From assembly GCA_002189035.1 (NCBI GenBank), contig NEEC01000002.1:3906001-3970000 (forward strand): 64,000 nt of DNA, written 5' to 3'. The translations under genes and the position numbers were made by a program. The notes beneath the pieces are model-generated. The model saw only the letters and a program-made list of their open reading frames with translations, searched no databases and had not been told where the DNA came from. Shown in pieces: positions 1 to 13,089 of this stretch. Position 1 is the first letter of the stretch, and the number at the start of each line of letters is the position of its first letter. Origin of the DNA: Utricularia gibba. Lineage: Eukaryota; Plantae; Magnoliophyta.

Positions 1-61
1 CCCTGCTATTCCCGCTCTCTCTCATTTTCCAAATAAATTTTCCCCTCTGCTTAACTCCATC

Positions 62-117
62 GCACTGTGCCTGACTGCCAGCACTATTCTTGACTACCAG
101 CACTGTTCCTGACCTGA
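62..117. repeat. 19-bp tandem repeat, about 3 copies
   Basis: gcactgtgcctgactgcca / gcactattcttgactacca / gcactgttcctgacctga. Confidence 0.7.
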
Positions 118-399
118 ACTTGCAGATTGCAGGTGCCGGCAGAATAGTGCTCTTTGTCCTTCTCCGGAATTTGCGTCCTTTTTTACTTGTTCCACACGTT
201 TGCAAGTCTAATTCTCAACTGATCTCCCTGCTGAACTTACTGAAATATTAGTAACAAGGGTTGTGGAATAAATCTTTTGATTTAGTCCACATTTTAACAT
301 AAACACACAAAATTAACTTAAACACACATAAACATTAGAAAACCACATTTATCTAACCTAAACCATAATAAAATATAAGTATTTTATATTATAAAATTC

Positions 400-2800
400 A
401 GGGAAAATGTGTGTCATCAATATCTCAATGATTGTAGATAACTAAAGAAATCAGAAGTTTTATGGTGTCCAAGCGTTTAACTGGAGAAAGGTCTCACTAA
501 AGTCAATTCTAGGTAATTGTGAATATACTTGAGCAATCAACTAGCTTTCAAATTTTTTATATTTAGTCTAAATTTAATTTGGTGTAAAAAAAATCCATTT
601 GACTCCTATTATCTTCCACTTGTTTGGCTTGGAAACCAATTGCTATGTCTAATTCTTTCAATAGACTGAATTTCAAATTCCATTGCTGCTTTTCAATTAG
701 GATCTTGGTAGACTACATCCCAAAGTGTTGGTTCTTGAGCAAATAAGCATGTTGCATACATCTCACTAATATCTCTATAACCTTTTACATGTACTTATCA
801 TCTGTATGAATTTTAGAAGGTTCCGTTTCAGCATTCTGCTTAGCTTGTGTATCATCATCCAAGTGTGGTTGAAATCTATCAAATTTGCTGCAGCTCATCC
901 AATTGGGTGTCATTACTAGCTAGAAAGAGTTCTTTACTGAGGTTATTCCATGAGTATGAGCTAAGAATATTTTTAAGAGTACAATCTCGATCTATTCTCT
1001 CATCTACAAGAATATGTCTTTGAGAAGTCACTGTAACCCAAGAAGATTCTTCTTCCAGTCAATTTATCAAGTTTTCCTTGTTTGTTTTTTTTTGTAATAT
1101 GTATAAAAGAGAGTTTCCCAAAAACTCTCAGATGCTTTTCCTTAGGAGGTGTCTGGTGCAAAGCTTAATAAGGAGTCTTATTTCGCAATGAAGATATAGC
1201 ACATTAATCGAGATAGGTTTTTCTTAAAAACCACACATCAGCTCATGTTTATAACTATCTGATTTTTTCTTTTCGAGGTTTCATTTTGCTAACGTGTATA
1301 TGGCATTGTTAGTCATGCTTGATGCTCTGGGAATTACATAGTGTAACCAACTCAATTGGTGAGTATTCCCCCTCTGTTTTTTGTTCATAGCTTAAGAATC
1401 CTTTCCTTAGTTTGATTTTTCACTATAGCCTTAAATAGCTTGAAATGGTTTAGAGCTTGTGATCTATGGTGCAAAAGAAATATCCAACCATATTTAGTGA
1501 AGTCATCAATGAACAATAGAAAGTAACGATTATCACTCGAAGTTTCATAGTTCATTGGTCCACACACATCTGAATGTACCAATTCTAGCCTTTTGGTTCT
1601 ACTTGAAGTTTGTGTGTCAAAGGAAAATCTGTTCAATTTTTCTTGCTTACAAATTGAGCATATTTCTTCTTGGTATTTCAATTCAGAGATTCATTCAACT
1701 AGATTGTTTCTCTTCATGTGGAGGAAATTTTTCTTGCAGTTATGCCCAAACCTTTGATGCCTCATAGTTTCCATCGTAAGGCTACTCAAACTGATATCTT
1801 TCCTAATTTCAACAAAAAATGTGATAGGATATACTCTATGTTATCTCTCAACTTTGAAGAGTATATTTTGCATTAAGTCTTGCGTAGTAATAATGGTACT
1901 TTAATATGTGTAGAAAATATCTTGGTCATGTAGTTGTCCATTACTGATAAGTTTGTGATGAACTCCTAGAACATAGTATACACATGTAATCATTTTTCCG
2001 AGTATTGAGATGTCACTAATCACTCACACATCTATAGAAAACATGTTTACTAACATCTTTTTTTACTTTAGAGATATTGCTAATGCATACTTTTTAAATA
2101 TTTATTTTTCCAACTAAACCATTTTTCAATGGCAAATAAGCTACCATAGGTTTCAGTGATAGCAAGAATCATATCACTCATATTTTGTGAAAGTTCAGAT
2201 ATCCCAGCCGCAGCCAATGACTCTTTAGCCTTTTGCTTTTCAACAAACCCTTTCAATGTGTCTTGTAGCTAAATAGTGTATGCATTTCTTTGAGAGATTC
2301 CAGAAGCAATCTTTGCTAAAGTGATTTTTTCCTTTAGAAAACTGACAAGGTGGGTGAAGTCCTTTTTTCTCCTTTTTAGCTCCTTGGTATTGATTTAATT
2401 TGTAGGCCATGAATGTAGCTTGTAGAATCTTTTCTTGAGGTTTCTCTTGTTCTTTCAATATGCTGATTCCTTTCTCTTCACCTCTCAAGGTATTCAATAA
2501 TTCTGATGGTGTCGGGTTTGTTAGGCTTCTTGTTGCAATGAGAGTGCTCACAACGGGGCTGAATTTTGAGGGCATGCTTGTGTATATTTTGTTGATAACA
2601 CACTCATCATCTACTCTTCCTTCCAACAACTTAATCTTGCTTATAGGTTTGTTCAGTTTATCTGCAAATGATTGAATAGAGTATGAGTTTGACATTTTCA
2701 CCAAGTTAAATTCCCTCCAAGAGTCAACCTTTCTACTTGCCGTGAGTTTTTCAGTTCTAGAAAATTTTATCTCAAGTATTTTCCATGCTTCACTAGTTGA
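400..2800 (-). pseudogene. Degraded Ty1/copia gag-pol (gag, zinc knuckle, integrase, start of RT)
   Basis: ORF 2240-2896 is UBN2-type gag with a degenerate knuckle (CQFSKGKNHFSKDC). ORF 1385-1681 has the integrase motif LELVHSDVCGP..FIDDFTKYGW. Manual translation of 430-750 gives the RT start (IIGVKW, IDFSETFSPV). Many stops and frameshifts; cut at 2801 by an Angela LTR. Confidence 0.85.
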
Positions 2801-3118
2801 TGTTGGGTTTCTCGTAGACATCGTATGTCTCAAAAGCAGCGGAATTTTAAAAATTTTGAGAAACCCCCAATGCAGATCTTGGAATACGGTATACATCAGA
2901 CATAGGGATGCTCAAAGTTCCTTTCAGATGACTCCGTTGTTCACCAACCGCCAATAGCAGACGGCCTCTATGGTATTCACAAGTGGAGCACTCCATCGAT
3001 AACCTTCACAAGGCTCTTGAATGCTGGTCGAATTTGTCAGGTGCTAGTATAAAAAAACGCCTCCTTGTGGATAAGATTTGCCAATGAGTTGATTGTCTAT
3101 AGAGCACATACACTAACA
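2801..3118 (-). mobile_element. Angela-family LTR with about 1 kb internal deletion
   Basis: Starts tgttgggtttctcgtagac and ends cacatacactaaca like the ~1.36-kb copies. Jumps from the tgtggat site to the ggataagatttg site near 3070 (GGAT microhomology). Confidence 0.9.
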
Positions 3119-3121
3119 GAT

Positions 3122-4508
3122 TGTTGATGTATGTGTTCTAGAGAAAATCAACTCATTGGCAAATCTTATCCTTTGATGTTTACCTTGAATTGTGATCAAG
3201 TTTACATCATTGATAAAATCCTCTATTTGATCTATGTGCTATAGAAATTATGATGAGATTATAATGTGAGATTCTTCAAACATTTACGTTCAACTTAAAA
3301 AACTCATTGGCTAGAGTGTTTGTGAAATGAGGATATCAGAAATACGGATAAGCTGGCACACATTGAGTTCCCTAAACTGTTTAGGAAATGGTTCTCACAA
3401 TTGACGTAATGAGATTACTAGAACCTATGCGTGGATGTCGATTAAAGATACGATTCATTGGATGACTCATCTTCGAGATGCTACTATGGGAAGCTAACCA
3501 AGTGTCAGTAGCAAGATCTCGAATATGACACCCGTGCAAGTAAGCTTAGACTTGAGGTCAACAAAGTTATCTTGATCTTAAGCTCACATTTTCGCTCACT
3601 ACTAATGGGAGCCTAACCATGGCTTGCCTAGTATCGATGAGTAGGGATGTGACTCCTTAAGATTGGAGATAAATGATTGATCAATAAAGGATTCATCACT
3701 CATGTTAGCGATGAGATCATATCTCAAGTAATTGCATCAAAGCCTAACAGTAAATCCTGGGCCCAGAGTAATGACACTTGAATTGTTTGAGTAGGTCATT
3801 GAGTGTTAGTGTGCTTGAATTCAATTATAAGTTCGATACATCATAAAGACACACACCCATGTTTTGGTGTCGAATGAGATATATGTATGATGAAAGCTGT
3901 TCATTGCATGGTGGCTGGTCATCAAAAGGCTCAATCAGTTCACCTGATTATTCTTATATCTTGGGGATCATAATATGTTGCTAGACATCACTCATGATCG
4001 ATAATGATGGATTTGATTAATTAAGAGTTAATTAATAAATCTATTATTATGGTCTTGATTGAAGAAGCCTATAGGGTCACACACAATAGTGGAGTCACTC
4101 ATCGATATAAAATAGAATGACACAATTACATGAGATGTAATTGGTAAAGTGAATGAATTAAATAGAGAATTATTTTGAGATTAATATTGATTAAACTCAA
4201 AATAAAAGATCATATATAGATAAGATTTGGAACATATACATATCTCCACAAGATAATTTAATATGTTACCATATATCTATCAAAAGATTTAGATCTTGAG
4301 ATATGCTCCAAGAGTCTTCGTGCTCTCTGAGACTAATCCACAAGGGGGCGTTTTTCTCTACTAGCACCTAAGGAATTCGACCTGCATTCAAGAGCCTTGA
4401 GAAGGTTATCGACGGAGTGCTCCACGTGTGGATACCATAGAGGCTGTCTCCTATTGGCGGTTGGTGAACAACGGAGTCATCCGAAAGGTATTTCAGCATC
4501 CCTTAGTC
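3122..4508 (+). mobile_element. Angela-family LTR in opposite orientation, missing its last ~100 bp
   Basis: Begins tgttgatgtatgtgttctagag and is the reverse complement of the 52773-54136 and 58301-59743 LTRs. Fused at ~4506 to minus-strand RNase H-end sequence. Confidence 0.9.
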
Positions 4509-7500
4509 TTATACCAATGGACTCTATGTACTCCATGGACGTCCTTGTTCCATTGTGAATGAGCAGTCTTGCTTAGAACTTTTCTAAGTGATTGCACCTC
4601 CATTTAGGGTGAATATGTATCTTGATTGAGACGTCAAGTCAAATGAGATTTGAAACATATTCTCCCATTTCGAGATCTTGACCACCATAAATCAGGAACA
4701 TGTCTTTAGTACTTCTTAAGTACTTAAGAATGCTCTTGAGTGCAGTCCAATGATCCATTCTTGGGTTCGACTCATATCTGCTTGTAACACTTAAAGCATA
4801 TGACACATCTCGTCTAGTACACAGCATGGCGTACATTATTGACCCAATAGCAGAAGCATATGGGATTTGAGCCATCTGATCCCTTTCTTCTTCTATTTTG
4901 GGGCACATCACTTTTGATAGTGCTCTATGTGTCTTTTGGAATCAGCCATGTTAAACCTTTTTAACACTTTATCGATGTAGGTCGATTGTGATAATCCAAT
5001 AAGTTTCTTTGATCTATCCCTATAAATCTTTATGACTTATATATAAGCCACGTCTCCAAGATCTTTCAATGAAAAGCTCTTGGATAACCAGATTTTTTAC
5101 TGATTGCATTATTGCAACATCATTTCCCATTAGTAAAATGCCATGCACATATAGTATGAGAAACACGATTGCCAAGCCATCTACCTTCTTGTATACACAA
5201 GGTTCATCTTCATTTTGAGAGAAACCAAACTCTTTGATTGTCTCATCAAATTCGATGTTCTAACTTCTTGAAGCTTGCTTTAGCCCATAGATGGATTTGT
5301 TCAGTTTACACACTTTACTAGGATCTTGCGTGAAACCTTCAGGTTGTGTCATGTACACTTCCTCAACCAAATTTCCATTTAGGAAGGCTGTTTTCACATC
5401 CATCTGCCATATCTCATAATCAAAATGAGCAGCAATGGCAAGTAAAATTCGAATGGACTTCAGCATAGCAACAGGCGAGAAGGTAACACCTTGTTTTTGA
5501 CGACACCCTTTTGCCACAAGTCGTGCCTTATAGGTAGATATATTTCCATCCATGTCAGTTTTCCTTTTGAATACCTATTTGCATCCAATAGGATTTACTC
5601 CCTCTGGAGCATTGACCAATGTCCATACATTGTTCTCATACATGGAATCCATTTCTGCCCCTATGGCAACAAGCCATTTACTTGACTCAACACTATTGAT
5701 TACTTCGTCATAAGTCCGAGGTTCCTCATCTAATATGAGGTCTCCCATGCCTTCGACATCAACAATGAAACCATATCTAACAATAGGGTTATGTTGTTGG
5801 ACTAATCTTCTGACAGAAAACGTGCTTGGCACATTTGGCAAGTCAGATTGCTCAGGTTGATTGCTCACTAGTACATTACCAGCTTCTGGGACACAATTTT
5901 GAGATGGTGAGCCTAGTTTACCTTTTGAGTCAGCCACTAGCATCTCTATAGGTGTCACTGGCTCGTTCTGAAACATCTCCTCAAGTTCAAAACGACTCCC
6001 ACTTGCTTCTTTGAGGAGAAACTCTTTCTTTAAAAAGACAGCATTCCTCGAGATGAAAACCTTTCCCTCTTGAGGATTATAAAAGTAGTATCCCATGGTT
6101 TCTTGTAGATATCCCAGAAAGAAACACTTGTCAGATTTGTTCTCCAACTTATCTTACTTCAACCTTCTTACATAAGCAGGGCAACCCCAAGCTTTGAGAT
6201 AGGAGAAACTCGGTTTTCTGCCAATCAAAATCTCATAAGGAGTGGTTTCAACCGATTTCGATAGGGCTTTGTTCAAAACATGAGCTGCTGCCTCTAAAGC
6301 ATATCCCCACATGGACTTTGGTAGTTCTGCAAAACTCATCATTGATCGAACCATGTCAAGCAAAGTTCGATTTCTCCTCTCATAAACACCATTGTGCTCA
6401 GGTGTATCACGAGGAGTTCTTTCTGAGACAATACCATTGTCCTTCAGATGATTCTTGAATTCATTACTCAAGTATTCCCCACCACGATCTGATTGAAGTT
6501 TCTTGATGGAACGCTCAAGCTGGTTCTCGACCTCCATCCGAAACTCTTTGAACTTTTCGAAGGCTTCAGATTTTCGTTTCATCAAGTAGATGCATCCATA
6601 TCTTGAATGGTCATCTATAAAAGTGATGAAATACAAGAAACCCCCTCTAGCAATGATGCTTATTGGACCACATACATCAGAATGTATTAAATCCAATAAG
6701 TTTTCATTTCTTGCTCCTTTTCCTAGAAAAGGTTGCTTTTCATTTTGCCGGATAAACAAGATTCGCATGTTTCATAAGATTCAAAATCTTCTGAATCCAA
6801 ATATCCCAATCGATATAAGTACTCAACACGCTTCTTGTTTATATGGCCTAAACGACAATGCCAGAGGTAGAATTCAAGACATTGTCAATCCTTGGCCTTT
6901 TTATGCACATGTTAATCTGTTCCGAATCATGCTGATCCAAAACATATATTCCGTTTACTATCGTAGCAGTACCATAATGCACATTCGCTTGTCGTATGGA
7001 ACAACAATTGTTCTTTATAGAAAACTTGAAACCAATCTTGTCCAAACAAGAAATAGAGATGATGTTCTTAGACAATGAGGGAACACAATAAACAGAATCT
7101 AATTCAAGAGATAATCCAGAAGGTAGGGCGATGTGGCAAGTCCCAACTGCCATGGCAGCAACTCGTGCACCATTCCCAACTCTTAGGCCAACATCGCTTT
7201 TCTTCAAGATTCTACTACTCATTAGGTCCTGCATGTTACTGCAAATGTGACCACCACAACCAAAATCTAACACCCAAGAACCATTCTTGATAGTAGTGTT
7301 AATCTCAATCATGTGTATACCTGAAGCTGAACTCTCATTCTGCTTCTTGCCCTTGATTGACTTAAGGTAAGCTTTGCAGTTTCTCTTCTAATAACCAAAT
7401 TTCCCACAGTGAAAACATTCACCCTTAGCGGGTTTTTCAACAGGCTTCTTCTTCTTGATCTCACTTTTAGCTTTGAGTTTCTTGTCTTAACTCTTCTTCT

Positions 7501-9143
7501 TGGAAACCTTTTTCCTTGAAGAGACAAGCATGACATTCTTTTGTTCCTTTGTGATAGTTGTCTCAACTGACTTGAGTAACTGAATCAATTCAGGAACAGT
7601 TTGATCCATCTTGTTCATCTGATAGTTCATCACAAACTGTGAGTAACTATCAGGTAGTGAGGTAAGGATTAAGTCAATACTCAAGTCCTTATCCAACACA
7701 AAACCAAGATTGGACAACTTCTCAATGTAACTTCTCAATGTAACTTATCAGGCCAACATCTTGAACCTTTCAAGTCGTGAGTGCTCACCAAAAAGATCCT
7801 TGAGGTGTGTTATCATCTGTTGGCAAGTCATCGCCTCATGCTGTTTTGGAGATCAGGGGCCATCGAATCAAGCTTGATACAGGAGACAAGCTCAGCATCA
7901 TCTAGATACTTTTGATATGCACGCCGAACATCTTCAGCTGCATTAGCCCTGGGTTGTGCAGGAACATCTTGCTCAAGGATGTAAGCAATCTTCTCCGCCT
8001 TGATAACAATTCTCAAATTGCGGTGCCAATCAGTAAAATTCGAGCCAACCAACTTGTTGGACTCTAGAATTGATCTCAAATTCACGCTGGAAGACATATC
8101 TTCAACCTGAAGAAGAGAAAGCAAACACATCATGCAGTGTTCCTTAAATCACATCTAATTGGTCTTTATTAAATGTGATATACTCCCACTATGTTTTTCG
8201 AGATGGCAGCCCCTTACTAACAAAACGAGAAAATCAAATTTTCTTAGTGGGATAGTGTCCCATTTCATTCATCTCCACCTTGACTGTAGCCAACAAGCTT
8301 TAATGAATGAAACAGGTAGTCATCTCATGCCAATTGTATCTCTCATACAAGCACTGTATCATTGAGTCATCAACTCTTGATGTAAAAACTATTTACCTCA
8401 ACCTTTCCTCCAATTTTACCAACCTTGGCTTTAGTCAACAAGTTGATAAAATCAGTTAAGCCAACCCACCGTGAATCTAATTCCATAATTCGAACATGTC
8501 ATGTGTAGTGGAGAGCTTGACGGTAGCCAACAACTCTATGCACTAAATATGACTCTCATTCTCCTTATGTCAGTGGAAGGAATAAGCTTAATTATTTGAT
8601 AGGGGATTTTTCCATAGGCAACACTTGCACTATGGATATCGATATCCTATCAGATAGGAATCCTGGCAACCCTTGCCCTTTCGTTAATAATGCATCATTT
8701 CCCTGGATTTTCATACATAAAGCTCGAAAATCCTAATTGACCCTAGATGCCTTGGTCACAAATAAATTATCAAACATCGTATGCATCGATAATTCACCAA
8801 TATGATCATCCTCATCAAAATTCGTGCATAGGTCATGATGCCAACGACTTTCACATATAAACCATCATCATACTTTGCATATACACATAAGATATGATTC
8901 TCGAAAACATCAATCATCAATCAAATTTCGTGCATCATCAAGGCAGCAAAACAATCCAACATAATCAGATTTCGTGCATCACATGCTATTACGATGATCG
9001 CCGGCAAGGCATCATACGAGAACATCTCGCGAAAAAAGAAAAGATTCTAATGTGTCACCGGCAAGGCAACATACGAGAAAATCTCGTAAAATCAGAAAAG
9101 ATTCTAACGTATACACGTATTTCGTAACCTCGTCTTATACCAC
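4506..9143 (-). mobile_element. Angela copy 1, internal region (5' UTR, gag-pol pseudogene)
   Basis: gag (LRSILESNKLVGSNFTDWHRNL, 7828-8133), protease (WVLDFGCGGH), integrase (LIHSDVCGP, 6154-6768), RT (5260-5553, 4639-4911). RT reads YVHG instead of YVDD and the RNase H core is deleted. Confidence 0.93.
9131..9142 (-). promoter_or_regulatory. Degenerate tRNA-iMet primer binding site
   Basis: Reverse complement TGGTATAAGACG against canonical TGGTATCAGAGC, 1 nt from the LTR. Confidence 0.75.
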
Positions 9144-9976
9144 TGTTGCGTTTCTCGTAGACATCATATGTCTCAAAAGCAGCGGAATTTTAAAAATTTT
9201 GAGAAACCCCTAACGCAGATCTTGGAATATGGTATATATCAGACATAGGGATGTTCAAAGTACCTTTCAGATGACTCCGTTGTTCACCAACCGCCAATAG
9301 CAGACGGCCTCTATGGTATCCACAAGTGGAGCACTCCGTCGATAACCTTCTCAAGGCTCTTGAATACTTGTCGAATTTCTTAGGTGCTAGTAGAGAAAAA
9401 TGCTTCCTTGTGGATTAGTCTCAAAGAGCAAAAAGACCTTGGAGCAGATCTCAAGATCTAAATCTTTTTGATAGATATATTGTGACATATCAAATAATAT
9501 CTATATGAGATCTTTTATTTTGAGTTTAATCAATGTTAATCTCAAAATAATTCTCTATTTAATTTATCCACCTTACCAATTACATCTCATGTAATTGTGT
9601 CATTCTATTTTATATCGATGAGTGACTCCACTATTGTGTGTGACCCTATAGGCTTCCTCAATCAATGCCGTAATAATGGATTTATTAATTAACTTTTAAT
9701 TAATCAAATCTATCATTATCGATCATGAGTGATGTCTAGCAACATATCATGATCCCCAAGATTAAAGAATAATCAGGTGAACTGATTGAGTTTTTCCATG
9801 ACCAGCCACCATGCAATGAATAGCTTTCATCATACTTATATCTCATTCGGTACCAGAATATGGGTGTGTGCCTTTCTGATTTTATCAATGATATAAATTT
9901 GATCACAATTCAAAGTAAATATCAAAAGATAAGATTTGCCAAAGAGTTGTTTGTCTCTAGAACACATATACTAATA
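9144..9976 (-). mobile_element. 5' LTR of Angela copy 1, internally deleted
   Basis: tgttgcgtttctcgtagac...cacatatactaata. Several hundred bp are missing at ~9879 relative to full copies. Confidence 0.9.
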
Positions 9977-12410
9977 GGTTGACAGTGAATATGCTCATGG
10001 TTCTACATTAAAACCACCTCAAAAACGATTATTTTAGAAGGCAAGTAGCTCTCGAACAAACAAGAAGGAATTTGGTTATACTGATAAAAGTATAATATCC
10101 AAAATTATTAATAGTAGAAGATCTTCTTAGGTGTGGGATTTATCATTTGTTATTATTGTGAAAAAGAGTATGCACCTGAAGGGAGAAAACATGGTAAAGG
10201 AAATATGATTGATCATTTGAATGAACATTGCTCCAAGTATCCTTATAGACAAGTTGATGAAAAACAAAAATTATTATCTCTTGAAATATCAAAAGATGGA
10301 TCTTTTGCATTAAAGTCATCAAGTTTTTCTCAAGAAGAATGTAGAAAATTGATGATAGAGATGATTATTAATGATAAATGTCCTTTTATAACCGTTGTTT
10401 ATAAAGTCATGAGATTGGAAAGATTATGTCTTACTATAGATACATGACCTTCTACACAAAATGTGAACTATATGTGTGTTACTGCACATTGGATAGTTAA
10501 GGATTTCAATTTGCAGAAGACAATTCTCAATTTTTCGATTATTCCGAATCATAAAGGTAAGACAATTGGTAAGATGATTGAGTGCTGCTTGTTGAAATGG
10601 GGAATAGAGAATCTACTTACAATAACGGTTGATAATGCATGTTCTAATGATGCTGCTATAAGATACCTCAAGGATAAGATGAAAAGTTGGAAAAATATAG
10701 TTTTGAATAATGAGTTTTTGCATATAAGGTGTTCTGCCCATTTACTAAATATTATAGTGAAAAATGGTCTGAAGTTATATAACGCATCAATTTTGAAAAT
10801 TAGAAATGCTATTCAATATGTGTAATCTTCTCCACCTAGACTTTGAAGTTTTAAGAGCTATGCATCCATTGAAAAAGTTGAAAGTAAAAAGCTTGTATGT
10901 CTTGATGTTTACATGAGGCGGAATTCCACTTATTTGATGTTGCAAGATGCCATAATTTTTGAGAAAGTATTTGAAAGGATGAATGAGGATGATTTAGATT
11001 ATATAAAATATTTTGGTGTTGATAAGAAGAGAGGTCATACTGAATCTGATTTTATCAGTTGTATTGAAGAAGTTGAATGGAGTGAAATTAAGGAAAAATG
11101 AAATTTGAAAGATAATGGTCCCCTTGATGCTTCGGATTGGAAAGTGGGTAAATGTTTTGTCAAATTTCTAAAATTTTTCTATGATGCAACATTGAGATTT
11201 TGGAGCAGTAAATCTATCAGTGTTAATATTTTGTTTCAATAAATCATGAGTATTCATAGTATTTATCTAGATATCATGATACAAGTATGGCTTTGGTTGC
11301 AATGGAAATGAATGAGAAATTCTCAAAGTATTAAAGTAACTTGGATACAATTAATGTTTTTTTATTAATTGTAACTATTTTAGATCTTTGATACAACTTG
11401 AATTTATCAAGCATTGTCTTGATAAAAAAATATGATCAATGAAAATATGGTTATTTGTCGAGACAAGTGGAAGATAAAGTGATGAGTGCATTAACTACTT
11501 CGTTTGACTTTTATGCAAAGCTTTATTCTCATGTGACTAAAAATGATGAGATCTATTTCTCAATTGCTAGCTCTTCCAATTATTCTTTTATGCAAAGCTT
11601 TTTTCAATTCTGATTTTTCTCTAGCATTCCAATTTTCTAAACAACTTGAGAAGGACTTGAATCATTGCAATAAATCTGAGCTTGCAATATATTTGGAAGA
11701 AAAGTGTGAATTCTTGAAGCTTTTGATATCTTGATTTGGTGGAAAAATAATTCTTCAAGATTTCCTATTCTTTCTCAAATGGCTAGAGAAGTGTTGGCAA
11801 TTCCTATTTCTACCGTATCATCTGAATCAGCTTTTCGTACAAATGGACTTAAACTTGATCCATATAGAAGTTCTCTTAATCCGGAAATGTTAGAGACTCT
11901 TATTTGTTGCCAAAATTGGTTGAAAGAACAACCACATTTGCTTGATATTCATGAATCCATAAGAGGAGTTTCATTTACTGATGTGGAGAAATATGAAGTT
12001 ATCTTACATGGTAATATTTTAATTTTTCTATTGTATCTTTGTTATTTAAAATATTTTTTATTTTAGTATTACATTAATTGTACTTTTTTTTATTAATTGT
12101 AGCTGTATACATCGATAGTTCTTCTTTGAAAGAAGATGAAAAGACAATGAATGCTGATGAATATTAAGCATCATTTTCTTATTTAATCCCTAATTTTTTC
12201 AGGTTTATTTGTAAGTAATAATTCTTTGTCAATGCTTATTGTTTCGTGATTTTTTTGAAGTTGTTTTTCAATGTATTTCAATGACTTTGTGCATTGTTGA
12301 ATTGAATGGGATCATATCATGAAGGTTACTGTCAATTCTTTAACTTTGTTAGAAATGTTTTTATATTAAATATTTTATATATCATTAGTTATCAGATTAT
12401 ATAATGGTAT
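9977..12410 (+). pseudogene. hAT transposase relic (BED finger, catalytic core, dimerisation domain)
   Basis: BED-type CYYCEKEY..HLNEHC; NYMCVTAHWI; ITVDNACSND; HIRCSAHLLNIIV; WWKNNSSRFPILSQMAREVLAIPISTVSSESAF. Frameshifted; no TIRs found. Confidence 0.92.
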
Positions 12411-12927
12411 TGTTATGGGTGAAAATCGGTATACGGGGTTGAACCGATGTTCAGGTTACGGATGCAATCGGAAATGTTGCTTCTTTGTATGCTCCTTTGC
12501 GATTTGTTCGGTTTGATCAACAGAAATGAGGGTAGGCGGAGATTTTTACATGGAAACCATCGTAAGACGGAAAAAACCACGAAGCTGTCGGAGCTCGCCG
12601 GAAAAAGTCCTTACTAGACGGAGGTGGAGCAGAAAGGTACAAGTCGGGAGGCTTAGGGTCGAACCCCTTCTCCGTTATGATTTCTCCTTTTTATAGAGGA
12701 AGTCAATCTGATCGAATCATGAGTTCTGCAAGTGTCGACTACCTTTTTGTACTTGTACTTTGATCTTGTTTTACAGACGATCGCTACCTCTTTTGCTATG
12801 GCTCGACCACTTTCCAGACTGCACCATATCACCGCTGTCAGATCTTTGACACACATCGGTCTGTCGGTAGGAGTTGTCCCATCAGGACTCCTGTCGGCAG
12901 CCTTTCAGAGACAGATATTGGCTGATA
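12411..12927 (-). mobile_element. 3' LTR of the Tat element
   Basis: Starts tgttatgggtgaaaatcg and matches 20439 onward. Followed by ttggcccctttt (PPT-like aaaaggggccaa on minus). TATA-like TATAAAAA on minus at ~12688-12695. Right boundary is inferred. Confidence 0.8.
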
Positions 12928-13089
12928 TTGGCCCCTTTTGGGGCGAGTCGGGGAATTAGAATCGCAACTATACCAATTTTCGGTTGCTTTTGTCCTTCTA
13001 ACGAATCCCGTAGAGTGGTAAGTCGGAGACTAGGCGAGTGTTCTGTCAGATTCGAGTCTCGGGCCTCGATGCTTTTGCAAGACTCCTGA

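Noticed and set aside
2796-9982. TSD for a single element spanning 2801-9976 (gttga vs ggttg)
   Set aside because: The match is offset by one base, and the flanks are different elements (copia gag vs hAT) that do not rejoin.
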